A stretch of DNA of 64,000 nucleotides from Promethearchaeota archaeon (GTDB taxonomy: Archaea; Asgardarchaeota; Lokiarchaeia; Sigyniarchaeales; SOKP01): contig JBHLOY010000001.1 in assembly GCA_048939995.1 (NCBI GenBank), positions 366,449-430,448 on the forward strand, read 5' to 3'. The notes beneath the pieces were generated by a model that ran no database searches, was not told the origin of the DNA, and saw only the letters and a program-made list of their open reading frames with translations. This document shows positions 9,299-21,070 of the stretch, piece after piece (the stretch's first letter is position 1; each line of letters starts with the position of its first letter). The position numbers and the translations under genes were made by a program.

Positions 9299-10090
9299 TT
9301 GAAAAATTATGAATTCATAAAATATAATGAAGAAGAGGGAATAGCCACAATTAGTTTAAATCGTCCAGACGTTATGAATGCTTTAAGTTATCCATTATTA
9401 ATGGAAATTATAGACGTATTAGAATCAAAGAAAAAGGATAAATCAATTCATGTTTTAGTAATACAAGGTTCTGAATTGGCTTTTAGTTCTGGTGATGATT
9501 TAAAAAGCATGGGCCCAGAAGGTGTTCGTTTTCAGCCTTTAGAAGATGGTTCTAGAATGCCTCATCATAGAGTAATCAGACTTATTCGTGAAATTAGAAA
9601 ACCTGTAATCGCATTAATTCAAGGTTATTGTATCGGAGCGGGATTCGAACTATCTCTCGCTTGTGATTTTAGGTTAGCAGCCAGTAATTTAAAGATTGGA
9701 GACTATCGCGCTTCAAAAGCGATTTGTGTAATGAGTGGAGCAAGTTGGTTCCTCCCAAGAATTATAGGATTTAGTCGTGCTACAGAGATGATTTTGACTG
9801 GTAGACTTCTCGATGCTCAAGAGGCTTTAGAAATTGGGTTAGTAAATAAAGTTTATCCTGTCTCAAATTTCAAAGCAAAAACTATGGATTATATACGAAA
9901 AATGGCTGATATGCCGACAATATGCTTGGGTTATAACAAATCTATGTTAAATTTTTCACAATATAATGAACTATTTCCGTCATTACAATATGAGTTTAAG
10001 TTATATTTAAAGAATATAAGAACTCAAGATTTTGGTGAAGGAATGAAATCTTTCATTAAAAAGCGAGAACCTAAATTTAAAGGAAAATAA
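9299..10090 (+). CDS. Enoyl-CoA hydratase/isomerase (crotonase) family
   Basis: ISLNRPDVMNAL, AFSSGDDL, KPVIALIQGYCIGAGFELSLACDFR, KREPKFKGK. Confidence 0.93.
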   Translation: MKNYEFIKYNEEEGIATISLNRPDVMNALSYPLLMEIIDVLESKKKDKSIHVLVIQGSELAFSSGDDLKSMGPEGVRFQPLEDGSRMPHHRVIRLIREIRKPVIALIQGYCIGAGFELSLACDFRLAASNLKIGDYRASKAICVMSGASWFLPRIIGFSRATEMILTGRLLDAQEALEIGLVNKVYPVSNFKAKTMDYIRKMADMPTICLGYNKSMLNFSQYNELFPSLQYEFKLYLKNIRTQDFGEGMKSFIKKREPKFKGK

Positions 10091-10125
10091 GGGATTCTTA
10101 TAATTAAAATTAAGGATAAATCAGA

Positions 10126-11385
10126 ATGTCCATATCAGAAGAAATTCGGGATTTTTTATTAAATGATGTGCTAGAGAGGTTCTTAAGATATGTCAAAGTT
10201 TGTACTACTTCAGATATTACCTCTACTTCTTTTCCATCAACAGTTAATCAATTTGAGTTAGGTAAAATATTATTAGATGAATTGAAACAACTAGGGTTAA
10301 AAGAAGTCATTCAAGATAAAAATGGATTTGTATATGCGAATTTTCCACCTAGTAAAGACCGTGAAATGGCACCTAATATTGGTTTATTAGCACATTTAGA
10401 TACATCCTCTGCCGTAAGTGGAAAGAATGTAAAACCCGTTATCCATAGGAACTATAAAGGAGGGGAAATAACATTATCAAAAAATTTAAGCATAACTATG
10501 AACGATTCAACTAATTTAGCTAACTATATCGGACTTGATATAGTAACCTCAGAAGGAGACACTCTTTTGGGTGCTGATGATAAAGCAGGTATTGCTGAGA
10601 TTATGGCTGCTTGTGCAGCTTGGAAGAAATTCCCTGAATTAAAGCACGGTCCAATCTCTATATGTTTTTCACCAGATGAGGAGACAGGAAAACAAGCAAT
10701 TCTCAGAGCTGATGAGAAGCGAATACCTAAGATTTGTTATACCATTGATGGAGGTGAAATTGGTGAATTAGAATATGAGTGTTTTGATGCTTGGTTGGCA
10801 ATTATTGACTTTAAAGGATTAAGTGTCCACACTGGATACGCTAAAGATAAAATGATTAATGCTATCCATATAGCTTGTCGATTTCTCTCAGAACTGCCAG
10901 AATCCGAATCACCAGAACATACTGAAGAAAGAGAAGGCTTTTTTCATATTGCTCAAATAACTGGAAGTGCTGAGGAATCTTCAGCAAGAATAATGTTAAG
11001 AGATTTTGAATTAGAAGGAAGCGAAAGGCGAATAAACTTTCTTAAGATTTTAAAAAACTTATATGAAATCAGATATCCTGGTCTTATAATTGAATTAAAT
11101 TTTACACATCAATATGAAAACATGCTTAGATATGTGGAGAAAGAACAAAGAGTGATTGATTTAGCTAAGAAAGCAATAGAATTAGCGGGATTAGATGTAA
11201 GAGTTCATTCTATTAGAGGAGGGACGGATGGATCTTCACTTAGTGCCAAAGGAATTCCAACACCGAATATTTTCACTGGTGGAGAATTATTTCACTCCAG
11301 AAAAGAATATATTCCAACCCTATCGTTGCAGAAAGCTACTGAAACTATAATTCATTTAGCAGAATTATGGTCAAAAGAAAAGTAG
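10126..11385 (+). CDS. pepT: Peptidase T (tripeptide aminopeptidase, M20B)
   Basis: AHLDTS, TLLGADDKAG, PDEE, IRGGTDG, PTPNIFTG..FHSRKE. Confidence 0.95.
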   Translation: MSISEEIRDFLLNDVLERFLRYVKVCTTSDITSTSFPSTVNQFELGKILLDELKQLGLKEVIQDKNGFVYANFPPSKDREMAPNIGLLAHLDTSSAVSGKNVKPVIHRNYKGGEITLSKNLSITMNDSTNLANYIGLDIVTSEGDTLLGADDKAGIAEIMAACAAWKKFPELKHGPISICFSPDEETGKQAILRADEKRIPKICYTIDGGEIGELEYECFDAWLAIIDFKGLSVHTGYAKDKMINAIHIACRFLSELPESESPEHTEEREGFFHIAQITGSAEESSARIMLRDFELEGSERRINFLKILKNLYEIRYPGLIIELNFTHQYENMLRYVEKEQRVIDLAKKAIELAGLDVRVHSIRGGTDGSSLSAKGIPTPNIFTGGELFHSRKEYIPTLSLQKATETIIHLAELWSKEK

Positions 11386-11400
11386 AAAGAAACGCAATAA

Positions 11401-12603
11401 TTACATTTTAATGAGTTTTGTGAAATTTGTCATCGCAAATACAATAATACAGAAGAGTAATAAAATAGAGATGTAAATAAACGCCCATGTAAATGAATAA
11501 TCATAAATTAATCCAAAAATAAAAGATTCTGCCAAGGAGATAAGACCTACTGATAGGTAATAATATCCATATGCACGTCCACGTTTCCTTGCCCCCGTTA
11601 AGTCGGCTATATATGCTCTTGAAATAGGATCAACAGATGCCAAATAATAACCATATAAAACAAAAATAATAAAAATTAATATAATAGAATATAAAGATAC
11701 ATCTATTGGGAAAGCTAGAATAATACAGCATAGTAGTAATATTGATAAACCGATTAAAATAACCGGTTTACGACCAATTTTGTCTGATAAAGTTCCAGTT
11801 AGGGGGGAAAACAACGCATAAATGAGATTACTCACTAAGTATAAAATTGGGATAAAAAGTTCCAGAGGAATATAGTATAGAGCTCTTATTTGAAGGAAAG
11901 CTATGTTTAAACTAGCAAATTCAATTACTCCTAAAACAATTACTAATTTAATAAAATTTTTGTCAATTTTTCTATCATTTTCGATAGAACGCTTCTTAAA
12001 AGCTATATTTTCATCTATTTTAGTTGGATCTATATCTTTTACAGTGAAGATTAGAGCAATTGCTAAAATCCCCGGAAAAATAGAAAAAAGTATGATCTGT
12101 GGATAAGTCCATGCCAAAAACAAAAATAAAAAGGCCACAAGTGAACCTATGGCAGCACCTATGGTATCCATTGCTCTATGTAATCCAAATGTCTTTCCTT
12201 TTTCAGTCGCATAATAAGAGATTAATGCATCTCTCGCAGAAGTTCTTAATCCTTTTCCAAAGCGATCAATTGACTTTAAGCCAAGAACATATTCCCAGGA
12301 TGGGCTAAAAGCTATAAAAGGTTTTGATATATTAGATAACGCATAACCAGCAACCACAAAGGGTTTTCTTTTGTTAAACTTGTCACTTAGCCAACCTGTT
12401 ACTCCTTTTAAAATATTCGCTATAGCTTCAGTGACTCCCGAAATCAAACCAAGAGCTACAGCACCCCCCCCAATATATAAAATAAATACCGGTAGAATAC
12501 TTTGAATCATTTCACTTGAAATATCTGTAAAAAGAGATACTAATCCCATTATGAAGACTTGAATTGAAACACCGAGGATTAATCTCTTTTTTTGATATGT
12601 CAT
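11401..12603 (-). CDS. MFS transporter
   Basis: GWLSDKFNKRKP and GTLSDKIGRKP motif A; about 12 hydrophobic segments. Confidence 0.93.
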   Translation of the reverse strand: MTYQKKRLILGVSIQVFIMGLVSLFTDISSEMIQSILPVFILYIGGGAVALGLISGVTEAIANILKGVTGWLSDKFNKRKPFVVAGYALSNISKPFIAFSPSWEYVLGLKSIDRFGKGLRTSARDALISYYATEKGKTFGLHRAMDTIGAAIGSLVAFLFLFLAWTYPQIILFSIFPGILAIALIFTVKDIDPTKIDENIAFKKRSIENDRKIDKNFIKLVIVLGVIEFASLNIAFLQIRALYYIPLELFIPILYLVSNLIYALFSPLTGTLSDKIGRKPVILIGLSILLLCCIILAFPIDVSLYSIILIFIIFVLYGYYLASVDPISRAYIADLTGARKRGRAYGYYYLSVGLISLAESFIFGLIYDYSFTWAFIYISILLLFCIIVFAMTNFTKLIKM

Positions 12604-12685
12604 CTTACTTGTATCTTGAAACTAAAAAAATTTTTTAAAAGAATGAATATATTAAAATTAATTGAAAAAAAAAATTTGTGATCCA

Positions 12686-13375
12686 ATGTCAGAAAAAAAT
12701 ACATTAGAGGTAATTGAAGGAACGCTTAAGTCAGTCGAAGATAATTTTAAGCAATTTATTAATGTATTAGAAACAGCTAAGAATGAACTTATTGTTTTAG
12801 AGAAAGAAAAGACTAAATTAAATCAAGATAAAAATCTTTTAGAGAACGAAAAAAGCCAGTTAGAAGAAGCAACAAAAATATTAGAAGCTGAAAAAAAAGC
12901 GCTGGAACAAAAGAAAGGAGAATTAGAAGCAGAAAAGAAAAAATTAGAGCTAGAGAAGGAAGAAAAAGAACAAAAGATAGGAGAATTAACAAGTGAACAA
13001 TTACGTTTATTAGATGAATATAAAAATTTAAAGATTGAATTAAAGAAATTTATGAAAATTGCTCAAGATCAAGAAGAATCTGAATATAACTTCGAAAGAA
13101 TTAAGGCATTGTTGTCTATCACTATGCTTTTAATACAAGAAATATGGCAAGGTCAGCCACATTACCGGATATTATTAACTCTCCATGGTGATAAAGAGGA
13201 AATGACACGTGATGAAATAAAAAATACTACTGGGATTTCTGGGGCAATGGTTCTAAGAGCAGTTCATGAATTAGTTAATATTGATGTATTAGAATATAAT
13301 GAAGAAAAATCTCTTGTTAAATTAAAAAGACGCCTTTTTCCAAGAAAAGCTTTAGAAAAAAAAGCAGAAAAATAA
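12686..13375 (+). CDS. Long coiled-coil protein with C-terminal winged-helix domain
   Basis: Regular L-E-x-E-K-x-x heptads; C-terminal RILLTLH..EMTRDEIKNTTGISGAMVLRAVHELVNIDVLEY wHTH pattern; ATG at 12686 preferred over TTG 12662. Confidence 0.8.
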   Translation: MSEKNTLEVIEGTLKSVEDNFKQFINVLETAKNELIVLEKEKTKLNQDKNLLENEKSQLEEATKILEAEKKALEQKKGELEAEKKKLELEKEEKEQKIGELTSEQLRLLDEYKNLKIELKKFMKIAQDQEESEYNFERIKALLSITMLLIQEIWQGQPHYRILLTLHGDKEEMTRDEIKNTTGISGAMVLRAVHELVNIDVLEYNEEKSLVKLKRRLFPRKALEKKAEK

Positions 13376-13437
13376 AAATAACTGAATTCACTATAATCAC
13401 TTCGCGTAAAATATCTCTCACTTATCCTATAGCAATT

Positions 13438-14424
13438 TCAAGCGAATATGTATTTAGCTTGGTCAGCTGAACCTAAAACTTCTATATTTTTTCTTTTTAC
13501 CATTTTAATCAATTCCTGTCGTGCTAAACCTAGATATTGTCTAGGATCAAAATGGTCGGGGTGTTCAAATAAATATTTTCTTACTATAGCAGTGAAAAGC
13601 AATCGACTGTCAGTGGCTATATTAATTTTGCATACCCCATATTCGGTTGTCTTTTTTAGTTGGGCTTCGGGGACCCCAAAAGCTCTTTTAATAGAGCCAC
13701 CGTATAAATTTATGAGTTCAATCGAATCTTTTAAGACAGATGAGGCTCCATGAAGAACTATAGGAAATCTACCTAATCTTCTTCTTATATCTTGTAGAAT
13801 GTCAAATCTCAGTTTGGGTATGTCCTGTTCATTTTCCACTTTAAACTTATATGCTCCATGAGAAGTCCCAATAGCTATAGCCAAAGAATTGCATTCAGTT
13901 CTATTTACAAAGTCCTTTACCCGTAAGGGATCAGTAAATTGTGGTATACCTATTTTTTGTTTACTATTTGGTCTACTTACTATACCTAATTCAGCTTCAA
14001 CGCTCACATCCCTTTCTTGGGCATATTTTACAACTTCTTTTGTCATTGAGATATTTTTTTCATAATCTAAATGACTTCCATCAATCATGACACTTGAAAA
14101 TCCGTGATCAATGCAAGATTTGCATAATTCAAAAGAATTTCCATGATCTAAATGAAGGGTAATTGGAATCTTATAACCTAAATTTTTTACCATTTTAATA
14201 ATTCCTTCACCCAAATATCTTAAAATAATCGTATTTGCATAATTTAAGGATTTAGGATTAATTTGTAATATTACTGGAGAATCTGATTGACAGCATCCTA
14301 ATATAATTGCTTGAATTTGCTCTAGATTGCTAGCATTGTAACCAGGTATAGCGAATTTCTTCTCTAAAGCTACTTCAAACATGTGTTTAGTATTATAAAA
14401 TCCTAGCTCTCTAAAAGAAACCAT
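13438..14424 (-). CDS. fba: Class II fructose-1,6-bisphosphate aldolase
   Basis: LHLDHG, SVMIDGSH, VEAELG, AIGTSHGAYK, VLHGASS, KINIATD. Confidence 0.95.
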   Translation of the reverse strand: MVSFRELGFYNTKHMFEVALEKKFAIPGYNASNLEQIQAIILGCCQSDSPVILQINPKSLNYANTIILRYLGEGIIKMVKNLGYKIPITLHLDHGNSFELCKSCIDHGFSSVMIDGSHLDYEKNISMTKEVVKYAQERDVSVEAELGIVSRPNSKQKIGIPQFTDPLRVKDFVNRTECNSLAIAIGTSHGAYKFKVENEQDIPKLRFDILQDIRRRLGRFPIVLHGASSVLKDSIELINLYGGSIKRAFGVPEAQLKKTTEYGVCKINIATDSRLLFTAIVRKYLFEHPDHFDPRQYLGLARQELIKMVKRKNIEVLGSADQAKYIFA

Positions 14425-14461
14425 AAATTATATAATGATAAATAGAAAAAATAATTTTATC

Positions 14462-15349
14462 TTAATCAAATTTTATTTTTAATTTTTGAGTGATTTCTTT
14501 ATACCTTGAACGTAGGGTGACTTCAGTAATACCTATTAAATCGGCTATCTGTTTTTGGGTTAAAGATAGTCCTTTAAGTTTACAACTAATATAAATTGCT
14601 CCACCTACAATGCCTTTTGGATCTTTACCGCTAGTACCAAAATTTGAAGTAAACAGTTTGACTATTTTTGTAGCGATAGTTTCAATTTCTGATGACAACC
14701 CCAGTTCTGCAATGTATCGTGGAACGAGATTAATTGGTTTAGTGTTGGGTGCCTTTAAGTTTAATTCCCGAATTAAAACACGATAGCATCTTCTAACATT
14801 TTTATCTTTTTCTGCTGTTTCCTTTAATATTTCATGAAGTGTTCTAGATACTTTATATTTTCTTACAGAATAATAAAGAGAGGCAGCAATCATAGAATTT
14901 ATAGACCTACCACGAAGTAATTTACGTCTAAATACCTCTTTATAGAGTCGCATAGCTTCTTCCTTAACATGATTAGGTAAATTCAAATTATTTGCAATTC
15001 TTTTTAATTCTGTTGTCGCAATTAAGAGATTACGCTTTTCCCATGTCATTCTAGTGTCCCATTTTGCTGCTCTTTTTAAGTCAGGATTATTGATTTTCTT
15101 TCTATCAATTGTAGTAGTTAATCCTATATCCGGAACTAACCCTGAAATGGGGGACCCAGTTCTTTCTCTTTGAGATTTTTCCTCTGTACTATACGCTCTT
15201 CTCCCATTATGGGAAAAATCAACACTTTTTTCTTGAATAACTAAACCACATTGATTACATACAATATCTCCAGTTTCCTGGATTGAAATGATATTGCCCC
15301 CACATTCTGGGCATAAACTAACAATTTTATTTACATAAACAGCATTCAT
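14462..15349 (-). CDS. tfb: Transcription initiation factor IIB (TFB) paralog
   Basis: Zn ribbon CPEC..CNQCG, two cyclin repeats, GKDPKG and TEVTLRSRYKE motifs. Confidence 0.95.
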   Translation of the reverse strand: MNAVYVNKIVSLCPECGGNIISIQETGDIVCNQCGLVIQEKSVDFSHNGRRAYSTEEKSQRERTGSPISGLVPDIGLTTTIDRKKINNPDLKRAAKWDTRMTWEKRNLLIATTELKRIANNLNLPNHVKEEAMRLYKEVFRRKLLRGRSINSMIAASLYYSVRKYKVSRTLHEILKETAEKDKNVRRCYRVLIRELNLKAPNTKPINLVPRYIAELGLSSEIETIATKIVKLFTSNFGTSGKDPKGIVGGAIYISCKLKGLSLTQKQIADLIGITEVTLRSRYKEITQKLKIKFD

Positions 15350-15417
15350 TTTTTCATCACTTTAAATATCTTATAAAAATAAATATTAAAACATAAAAAA
15401 AATTCAATTTTTAGCAT

Positions 15418-18030
15418 TTACTCCTTCAGAATTTTTCCTACTTTTTCAAAAACTAAGGATTCATGTTTATTTACATCAATTTTAATTAAATCCTCATCAT
15501 CTACATCTCCTTCTAAAATTTTGTGTGATAAAGGATTTTGAATATAGTTCTGGATAGCTCTTTTGAGGGGTCTTGCTCCATAATCCGGGTCAAACCCTTT
15601 TCTAGCAAGCATCTGTTTTGCGGATTCTGATAGTTTGATCTGTATCTTATGCTCAGAGAGGATTTTATTTAAGTTGTTAATTTGTATATCAACAATATGT
15701 TTAATCTGTTCTTCTTCTAAAAAGTTAAATAAGACAATTTCATCTACTCGATTAATAAATTCAGGTCTAAAGTAATTTTTGAGAGTATTCAAAATCAATT
15801 CTTTATTTTCTATTTTATTATCTTTTCGTGATTCAAGTATGTATTGACTTCCAATATTACTTGTCATAATTATTATAGTATTTTTAAAATCAACAGTTCT
15901 GCCATGTCCATCGGTTAATCTTCCATCATCCATAATTTGGAGCAATATGTTAAATACTTCTTGATGAGCTTTTTCAATTTCATCAAATAAAATTACAGAG
16001 TAAGGTCGTCTTCTTATAGCTTCTGTTAAATATCCGCCTTCGTCATATCCTACATAACCAGGAGGAGCACCAATTAATCTTGCGACGCTATGCTTTTCCA
16101 TAAATTCAGACATATCAATCCTCACCATTGCATTTTCATCATCAAAAAGGAATTCAGCTAACGCTTTTGCTGTTTCAGTTTTTCCTACACCTGTAGGACC
16201 CATAAAGATAAATGTTCCTATTGGCCGATTTGGATCTTGTATTCCAGCTCTAGCTCTTCTAATAGCATTAGAGATTATTTTCAAAGCTTCATTTTGACCT
16301 ATTACTCGCTCTTTTAATCTATCTTCCATCTTTAATAACTTTTCACGTTCTCCTTCTAACATTCTTGAAACAGGAATCCCTGTCCATTGAGATACTATTT
16401 TTGCAATGTCCTCCTCATCAACTTCTTGTTTTAGCATTGTTTTACTTTTTTGAATTTCGTTTAATTCATTATTATATTTCTCTAAATCCTTTTGAAGTTG
16501 ATTTAGAACACCATAAGTTAATTCAGCGGCTTTTCCTAGATCCCCTCTTTTTTCTGCTCTTTCAGCTTCAATCTTAGCTTCTTCCATTTTCTTTTTAATT
16601 TCATTAATTCTTGAAATTATCTCTTTTTCATTATTCCATTGTAATTTTAAGTGATCACTTTCTTCTAGTAAGTTATTTAGTTCTTCTTCTAACCTTTTCA
16701 TTTTTTCTTCTATTGATTTATTACTTTCCTTTTTTAAAGCCTCCTTCTGGATTTCTAATTGAATAATTTTTCTTTCAATCTCATCAATTTCAGTTGGCAT
16801 ACTATCAATCTCAATTCTTAATCTTGAGGCGGCCTCATCCATTAGATCAATGGCTTTATCTGGTAAAAATCGATCGGCAATATATCTATGCGATAAGGTC
16901 ACAGCGGCTATAATTGCTGAATCTGTTATTCTTACACCATGATGAATTTCATATTTTTCTTTTAATCCTCTTAAAATGGCTATTGAATCCTCTACTGTTG
17001 GTTCATTCACAAATACAGTTTGAAATCTACGAGTTAATGCCGCATCTTTCTCAATATATTTCCTATATTCGTCAATAGTGGTTGCTCCTATTGCTCGTAA
17101 TTCTCCTCTTGCTAATGCAGGTTTTAACATGTTTGAAGCATCAATTGCTCCTTGAGCTGCGCCTGCTCCAACTAAAGTATGTAATTCATCAATAAATAAT
17201 ACATATTTTCCTGCTCCTTTTTCAACTTCCTTGAGAAAAGCCTTTAAGCGATCTTCGAATTCTCCACGATATTTGGCACCAGCCACCATTGCGGCTAAAT
17301 CCATTGCAATTATATCTTTATCTTTTAATGATTCTGGCACGTCATTATTTGCTATACGTTGAGCTAATCCTTCAACGATTGCAGTCTTTCCCACTCCAGC
17401 CTCTCCTATTAAAACCGGATTGTTTTTTGTTCTTCTTGATAAAATATGCATGACTCTTCTTATCTCATCGTCTCGACCGATAACAGGATCAATTTTATTT
17501 CTTCTTGCCAAATCTGTTAGGTTTCGGCTATACTTTTCAATTGCTTGATACTTTCCTTCAGGATCTTGATCATTAATAGTTTGATTCCCTCGTATTGAGG
17601 TTAATGCTTGCAAAATTCGATCATGAGTTATACCATTCTTCTTTAAAATAGGGTAAATAGATGAAGATTGTTCTTTAGACAGTGCTAAGATTAAATGTTC
17701 CGTGCTTAAATATTGATCTCTCATTGCCTCAGCTTCTTTCCATGCATTATCAAAAATTTTTCCTAAGACTGTTGACAAAACAACATCTGTTGCTCCTGCT
17801 CCTGTAACTTTTGGTATCCTTTCTAGAGTGCTACTTAAGTCGTGTAGCAATTGTGAAGTATTTATTCCTAATTTGTTGAATAAAGGAGTTGTTATTCCAT
17901 CAGGTTGTTCTATCATTGAGATTAATAGATGTACGGGCTCAATTTGCTGATTATCATTCGTTTGCGCTAATGTTCTAGCAGCCATAAGAGCCTCTTGAAC
18001 TTTTATCGTAAATTTATCAAATTTCATCAT
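15418..18030 (-). CDS. clpB: ATP-dependent disaggregase ClpB
   Basis: Clp N domain, two AAA+ modules ([16 protein letters not shown]), coiled-coil middle domain, GYVGY pore loop. Confidence 0.97.
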   Translation of the reverse strand: MMKFDKFTIKVQEALMAARTLAQTNDNQQIEPVHLLISMIEQPDGITTPLFNKLGINTSQLLHDLSSTLERIPKVTGAGATDVVLSTVLGKIFDNAWKEAEAMRDQYLSTEHLILALSKEQSSSIYPILKKNGITHDRILQALTSIRGNQTINDQDPEGKYQAIEKYSRNLTDLARRNKIDPVIGRDDEIRRVMHILSRRTKNNPVLIGEAGVGKTAIVEGLAQRIANNDVPESLKDKDIIAMDLAAMVAGAKYRGEFEDRLKAFLKEVEKGAGKYVLFIDELHTLVGAGAAQGAIDASNMLKPALARGELRAIGATTIDEYRKYIEKDAALTRRFQTVFVNEPTVEDSIAILRGLKEKYEIHHGVRITDSAIIAAVTLSHRYIADRFLPDKAIDLMDEAASRLRIEIDSMPTEIDEIERKIIQLEIQKEALKKESNKSIEEKMKRLEEELNNLLEESDHLKLQWNNEKEIISRINEIKKKMEEAKIEAERAEKRGDLGKAAELTYGVLNQLQKDLEKYNNELNEIQKSKTMLKQEVDEEDIAKIVSQWTGIPVSRMLEGEREKLLKMEDRLKERVIGQNEALKIISNAIRRARAGIQDPNRPIGTFIFMGPTGVGKTETAKALAEFLFDDENAMVRIDMSEFMEKHSVARLIGAPPGYVGYDEGGYLTEAIRRRPYSVILFDEIEKAHQEVFNILLQIMDDGRLTDGHGRTVDFKNTIIIMTSNIGSQYILESRKDNKIENKELILNTLKNYFRPEFINRVDEIVLFNFLEEEQIKHIVDIQINNLNKILSEHKIQIKLSESAKQMLARKGFDPDYGARPLKRAIQNYIQNPLSHKILEGDVDDEDLIKIDVNKHESLVFEKVGKILKE

Positions 18031-18049
18031 TTTTCAAATCACCTATATT

Positions 18050-19057
18050 CTATAATCCTACTGCTTGTAATTTTTCAATTAATTGCTTTTGGGTTTTATT
18101 TATCTTTTCTGGTACTTTAATTTTTATTTTAACCAATAAATTGCCTCTTTCATTAGAATTTATTATAGAAAATCCTTGATTTTTTAACCTTAAAGTAGAC
18201 CCATCTGTTGTCCCTGGTGGAACGGTTACATTTAGATTATTCTCAATACTTGGAACCGTAATCTTCCCACCTAACGCAGCAACTGAAAAAGGAATTTCTT
18301 GTTCTATATAAAGATCATCTTCTTTTCTCTCAAAAATAGGATGTGGTTTTATATGTACTGCAATATATAAATCTCCATCAGCACCACCATTCTCACCTGG
18401 CATTCCCTTTCCTTTTAATCTTAATTTCTGGTCATCTTTAATGCCTTTTGGAACATTCACTGTTAAGTTCTTATTTTCACCGGATACAGGATCTTTATAT
18501 TGAATTTTTATTTTACCGCCATAAAATGCATCCATAAAGTTGATTTCCATGTCATATCGTAAATCATCTCCTTCTCTTGGGTAGTTATATGAAGATGGGC
18601 GAGCTCTTGTACTTCCAGTGCCTCCTCTTGAAAAAACATCAAAAATATCTCCTAAATCATTAAAAAAATCAAATCCACCTCCTCTGGAGGATCTTCTATT
18701 TCCAAAGATTTCGTTAAAATCAAAACCTCCAGGGCTCCCTGATGTTGAGTAATAGTAAGTTGTTCTTCCATCAGGACTCGTGTGGACTCTTCCACCTCCT
18801 GGAAAACCTTCCGTCCATTGCTGATAAGAAGTTGGATCTCCTCCTACTACTCCAAACTTATCATACATTTCCCTTTTTTTGTCATCACTTAAAATACCAT
18901 AAGCTTCATTTATTTCTTTGAATTTTTCACCTGATTTTGGCTCATCCGGATTCACATCTGGGTGATATTTACGAGCCATTTTCCTAAATGCTCTTTTAAT
19001 TTCTTCTTTTGTAGCATTTTTTGGTACTCCCAAAATTTCATAATAATCTTTACCCAT
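18050..19057 (-). CDS. dnaJ: DnaJ class B (CbpA-like, no zinc finger)
   Basis: J domain with HPD, G/F-rich linker, C-terminal substrate-binding domains; no CxxCxGxG repeats. Confidence 0.93.
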   Translation of the reverse strand: MGKDYYEILGVPKNATKEEIKRAFRKMARKYHPDVNPDEPKSGEKFKEINEAYGILSDDKKREMYDKFGVVGGDPTSYQQWTEGFPGGGRVHTSPDGRTTYYYSTSGSPGGFDFNEIFGNRRSSRGGGFDFFNDLGDIFDVFSRGGTGSTRARPSSYNYPREGDDLRYDMEINFMDAFYGGKIKIQYKDPVSGENKNLTVNVPKGIKDDQKLRLKGKGMPGENGGADGDLYIAVHIKPHPIFERKEDDLYIEQEIPFSVAALGGKITVPSIENNLNVTVPPGTTDGSTLRLKNQGFSIINSNERGNLLVKIKIKVPEKINKTQKQLIEKLQAVGL

Positions 19058-19100
19058 CTTTTAAACCCCTCTACATAAAATAATCATAATAATCGTGAAT

Positions 19101-19125
19101 AAATAAAAAAAATTAAAAAAAAAAA
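19101..19125 (-). terminator. Oligo-T terminator between dnaK and dnaJ
   Basis: Long A tract on + strand (U tract in transcript) right after the dnaK stop. Confidence 0.5.
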
Positions 19126-19128
19126 GAA

Positions 19129-21033
19129 CTATTCATATTCTGCATCTACTACATCATCTTGGCCTGTAGCTCTTCTGAATTGCTCTTCTTCGATTTCATC
19201 TTGAGACTTTTCTTGATATCCATAGTTACCACTTGTTCCTCCCATTCCTCCAGGAGGAGCTCCTTGATAAGCCTCTTGCGTTGGACCTTGCTGTTGACCA
19301 TAAATGCGCGCTGAAACCTCATGTAATGATTTCTGTAATGTTTCCATTGACTTCTTTATTTTTGAAACATCTTCTGATTCCATAGCACTCCTTAAATCTG
19401 AGATTTTACTTAAGATTTTTGTTTTGAGATCACCGATTACAGCAGTATTTTCATTCAGTAATTTCTCTGTTTGATAAATAAGAGCTTCCGCTTGGTTTTT
19501 GGTTTCTGTTAATTCTTTGAACTTTTTATCTTCTTCAGCGTGCCTCTCAGCTTCTCTAACCTTTTGATTGATCTCATCTTCAGACATTTTAGTTGAGGCA
19601 GTGATAGTTATGCTCTGACTCTTCCCAGTTCCCTTATCTTTAGCTGAGACATTTAATATACCGTTTTGGTCAATATCAAACGTCACTTCGATTTGAGGTA
19701 CGCCCCTTGGCGCAGGTGGAATGCCAGTCAAATGAAATTTGCCTAAAGTTATATTATCAGCAGCTCTAGGTCGTTCTCCTTGTAAAACATGAATCTCAAC
19801 AGCGGGTTGATTATCAGCAGCAGTACTAAACACCTCAGTTTTTCGGGTTGGAATCGTTGTATTTCTTTCAATTAATTTTGTAAAGACGCCTCCTAGCGTT
19901 TCAACGCCTAAGGATAAGGGAGTTACATCTAACAATAATAAATCTTCTACTTCACCAGTTAGGACTCCCCCTTGAACAGCAGCACCCATAGCAACACATT
20001 CCATAGGATCGATACTTCGTTCTGGTTTTGTCCCTAAGAAATTTTCAAATTTTTCTTGTACACTAGGCATTCTTGTAGGTCCACCCACTAATATGACTTT
20101 ATCGACTTCGCCTTTCTTTATATCTGCATCAGTTAAAGCTTTAATAATTGGAGCCTCCAATCTTTTTAACACAGGATCAATCAATTGCTCTAATTTTGCT
20201 CTTGTCAATGTTAAATTAAGGTGTTTAGGACCGGAATTAGTAGCAGTAATATACGGCAAATTTATATCAGTGGTGATTGAAGTTGATAATTCAATTTTAG
20301 CTTGTTCAGCAGCCTCTTTAACCCTTTGTAATGCCATAGAGTCCTTTCTTAAATCAATTCCTTCTTTAGCTTTAAATTCATCAACGATATAATCAACTAG
20401 AATTCTATCCATGTCAGTACCTCCAAGTTGAGTATCTCCAGCAGTAGAAATAACCTCAAATACCTGATTATCCATCTCCATTATTGTGACATCAAAAGTA
20501 CCTCCTCCGAGATCTAAAACTGCAATCTTTAAACGGGCATTCTTCTTATCTAATCCATAAGCTACAGCTGCGGCAGTTGGTTCGTTAATTAAACGTTTAA
20601 CGTTTAATCCCGCGATCTTTCCCGCATCTTTAGTAGCTTGTCTTTGATTGTCATTAAAGTAGGCAGGTACAGTTATTATAGCATCTGTTACCTCCTCACC
20701 CAGATAAGCACTTGCATCTTCTTTGATTTTTCGTAAAATCATTGCTGAAATTTCTTGTGGAGTATAATCTTTTCTGTCGATGGTAACCTTATAAGAAGTT
20801 CCCATTTTTCGCTTAATTGCTGTAATTGTACGATCTGGATTTGATATGGCTTGTCTTCTTGCAGGCTCACCAACTAATCTCTGTCCATCCTTCGTAAATG
20901 CAACCACAGATGGAAATGCCTTTCCACCTAATGTATTTCCCTCAGCGCTCGGTATTATTGTAGGTTTTCCTCCAATTAATATAGCAGCAGCTGAATTGCT
21001 AGTTCCTAAATCGATGCCAATTATTTTTCCCAT
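19129..21033 (-). CDS. dnaK: Chaperone DnaK (Hsp70)
   Basis: [38 protein letters not shown]; ATG at 21033. Confidence 0.98.
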   Translation of the reverse strand: MGKIIGIDLGTSNSAAAILIGGKPTIIPSAEGNTLGGKAFPSVVAFTKDGQRLVGEPARRQAISNPDRTITAIKRKMGTSYKVTIDRKDYTPQEISAMILRKIKEDASAYLGEEVTDAIITVPAYFNDNQRQATKDAGKIAGLNVKRLINEPTAAAVAYGLDKKNARLKIAVLDLGGGTFDVTIMEMDNQVFEVISTAGDTQLGGTDMDRILVDYIVDEFKAKEGIDLRKDSMALQRVKEAAEQAKIELSTSITTDINLPYITATNSGPKHLNLTLTRAKLEQLIDPVLKRLEAPIIKALTDADIKKGEVDKVILVGGPTRMPSVQEKFENFLGTKPERSIDPMECVAMGAAVQGGVLTGEVEDLLLLDVTPLSLGVETLGGVFTKLIERNTTIPTRKTEVFSTAADNQPAVEIHVLQGERPRAADNITLGKFHLTGIPPAPRGVPQIEVTFDIDQNGILNVSAKDKGTGKSQSITITASTKMSEDEINQKVREAERHAEEDKKFKELTETKNQAEALIYQTEKLLNENTAVIGDLKTKILSKISDLRSAMESEDVSKIKKSMETLQKSLHEVSARIYGQQQGPTQEAYQGAPPGGMGGTSGNYGYQEKSQDEIEEEQFRRATGQDDVVDAEYE

Positions 21034-21070
21034 AAATTTCACTCTCTTTTTATTCTTTTATTTAATTTTT

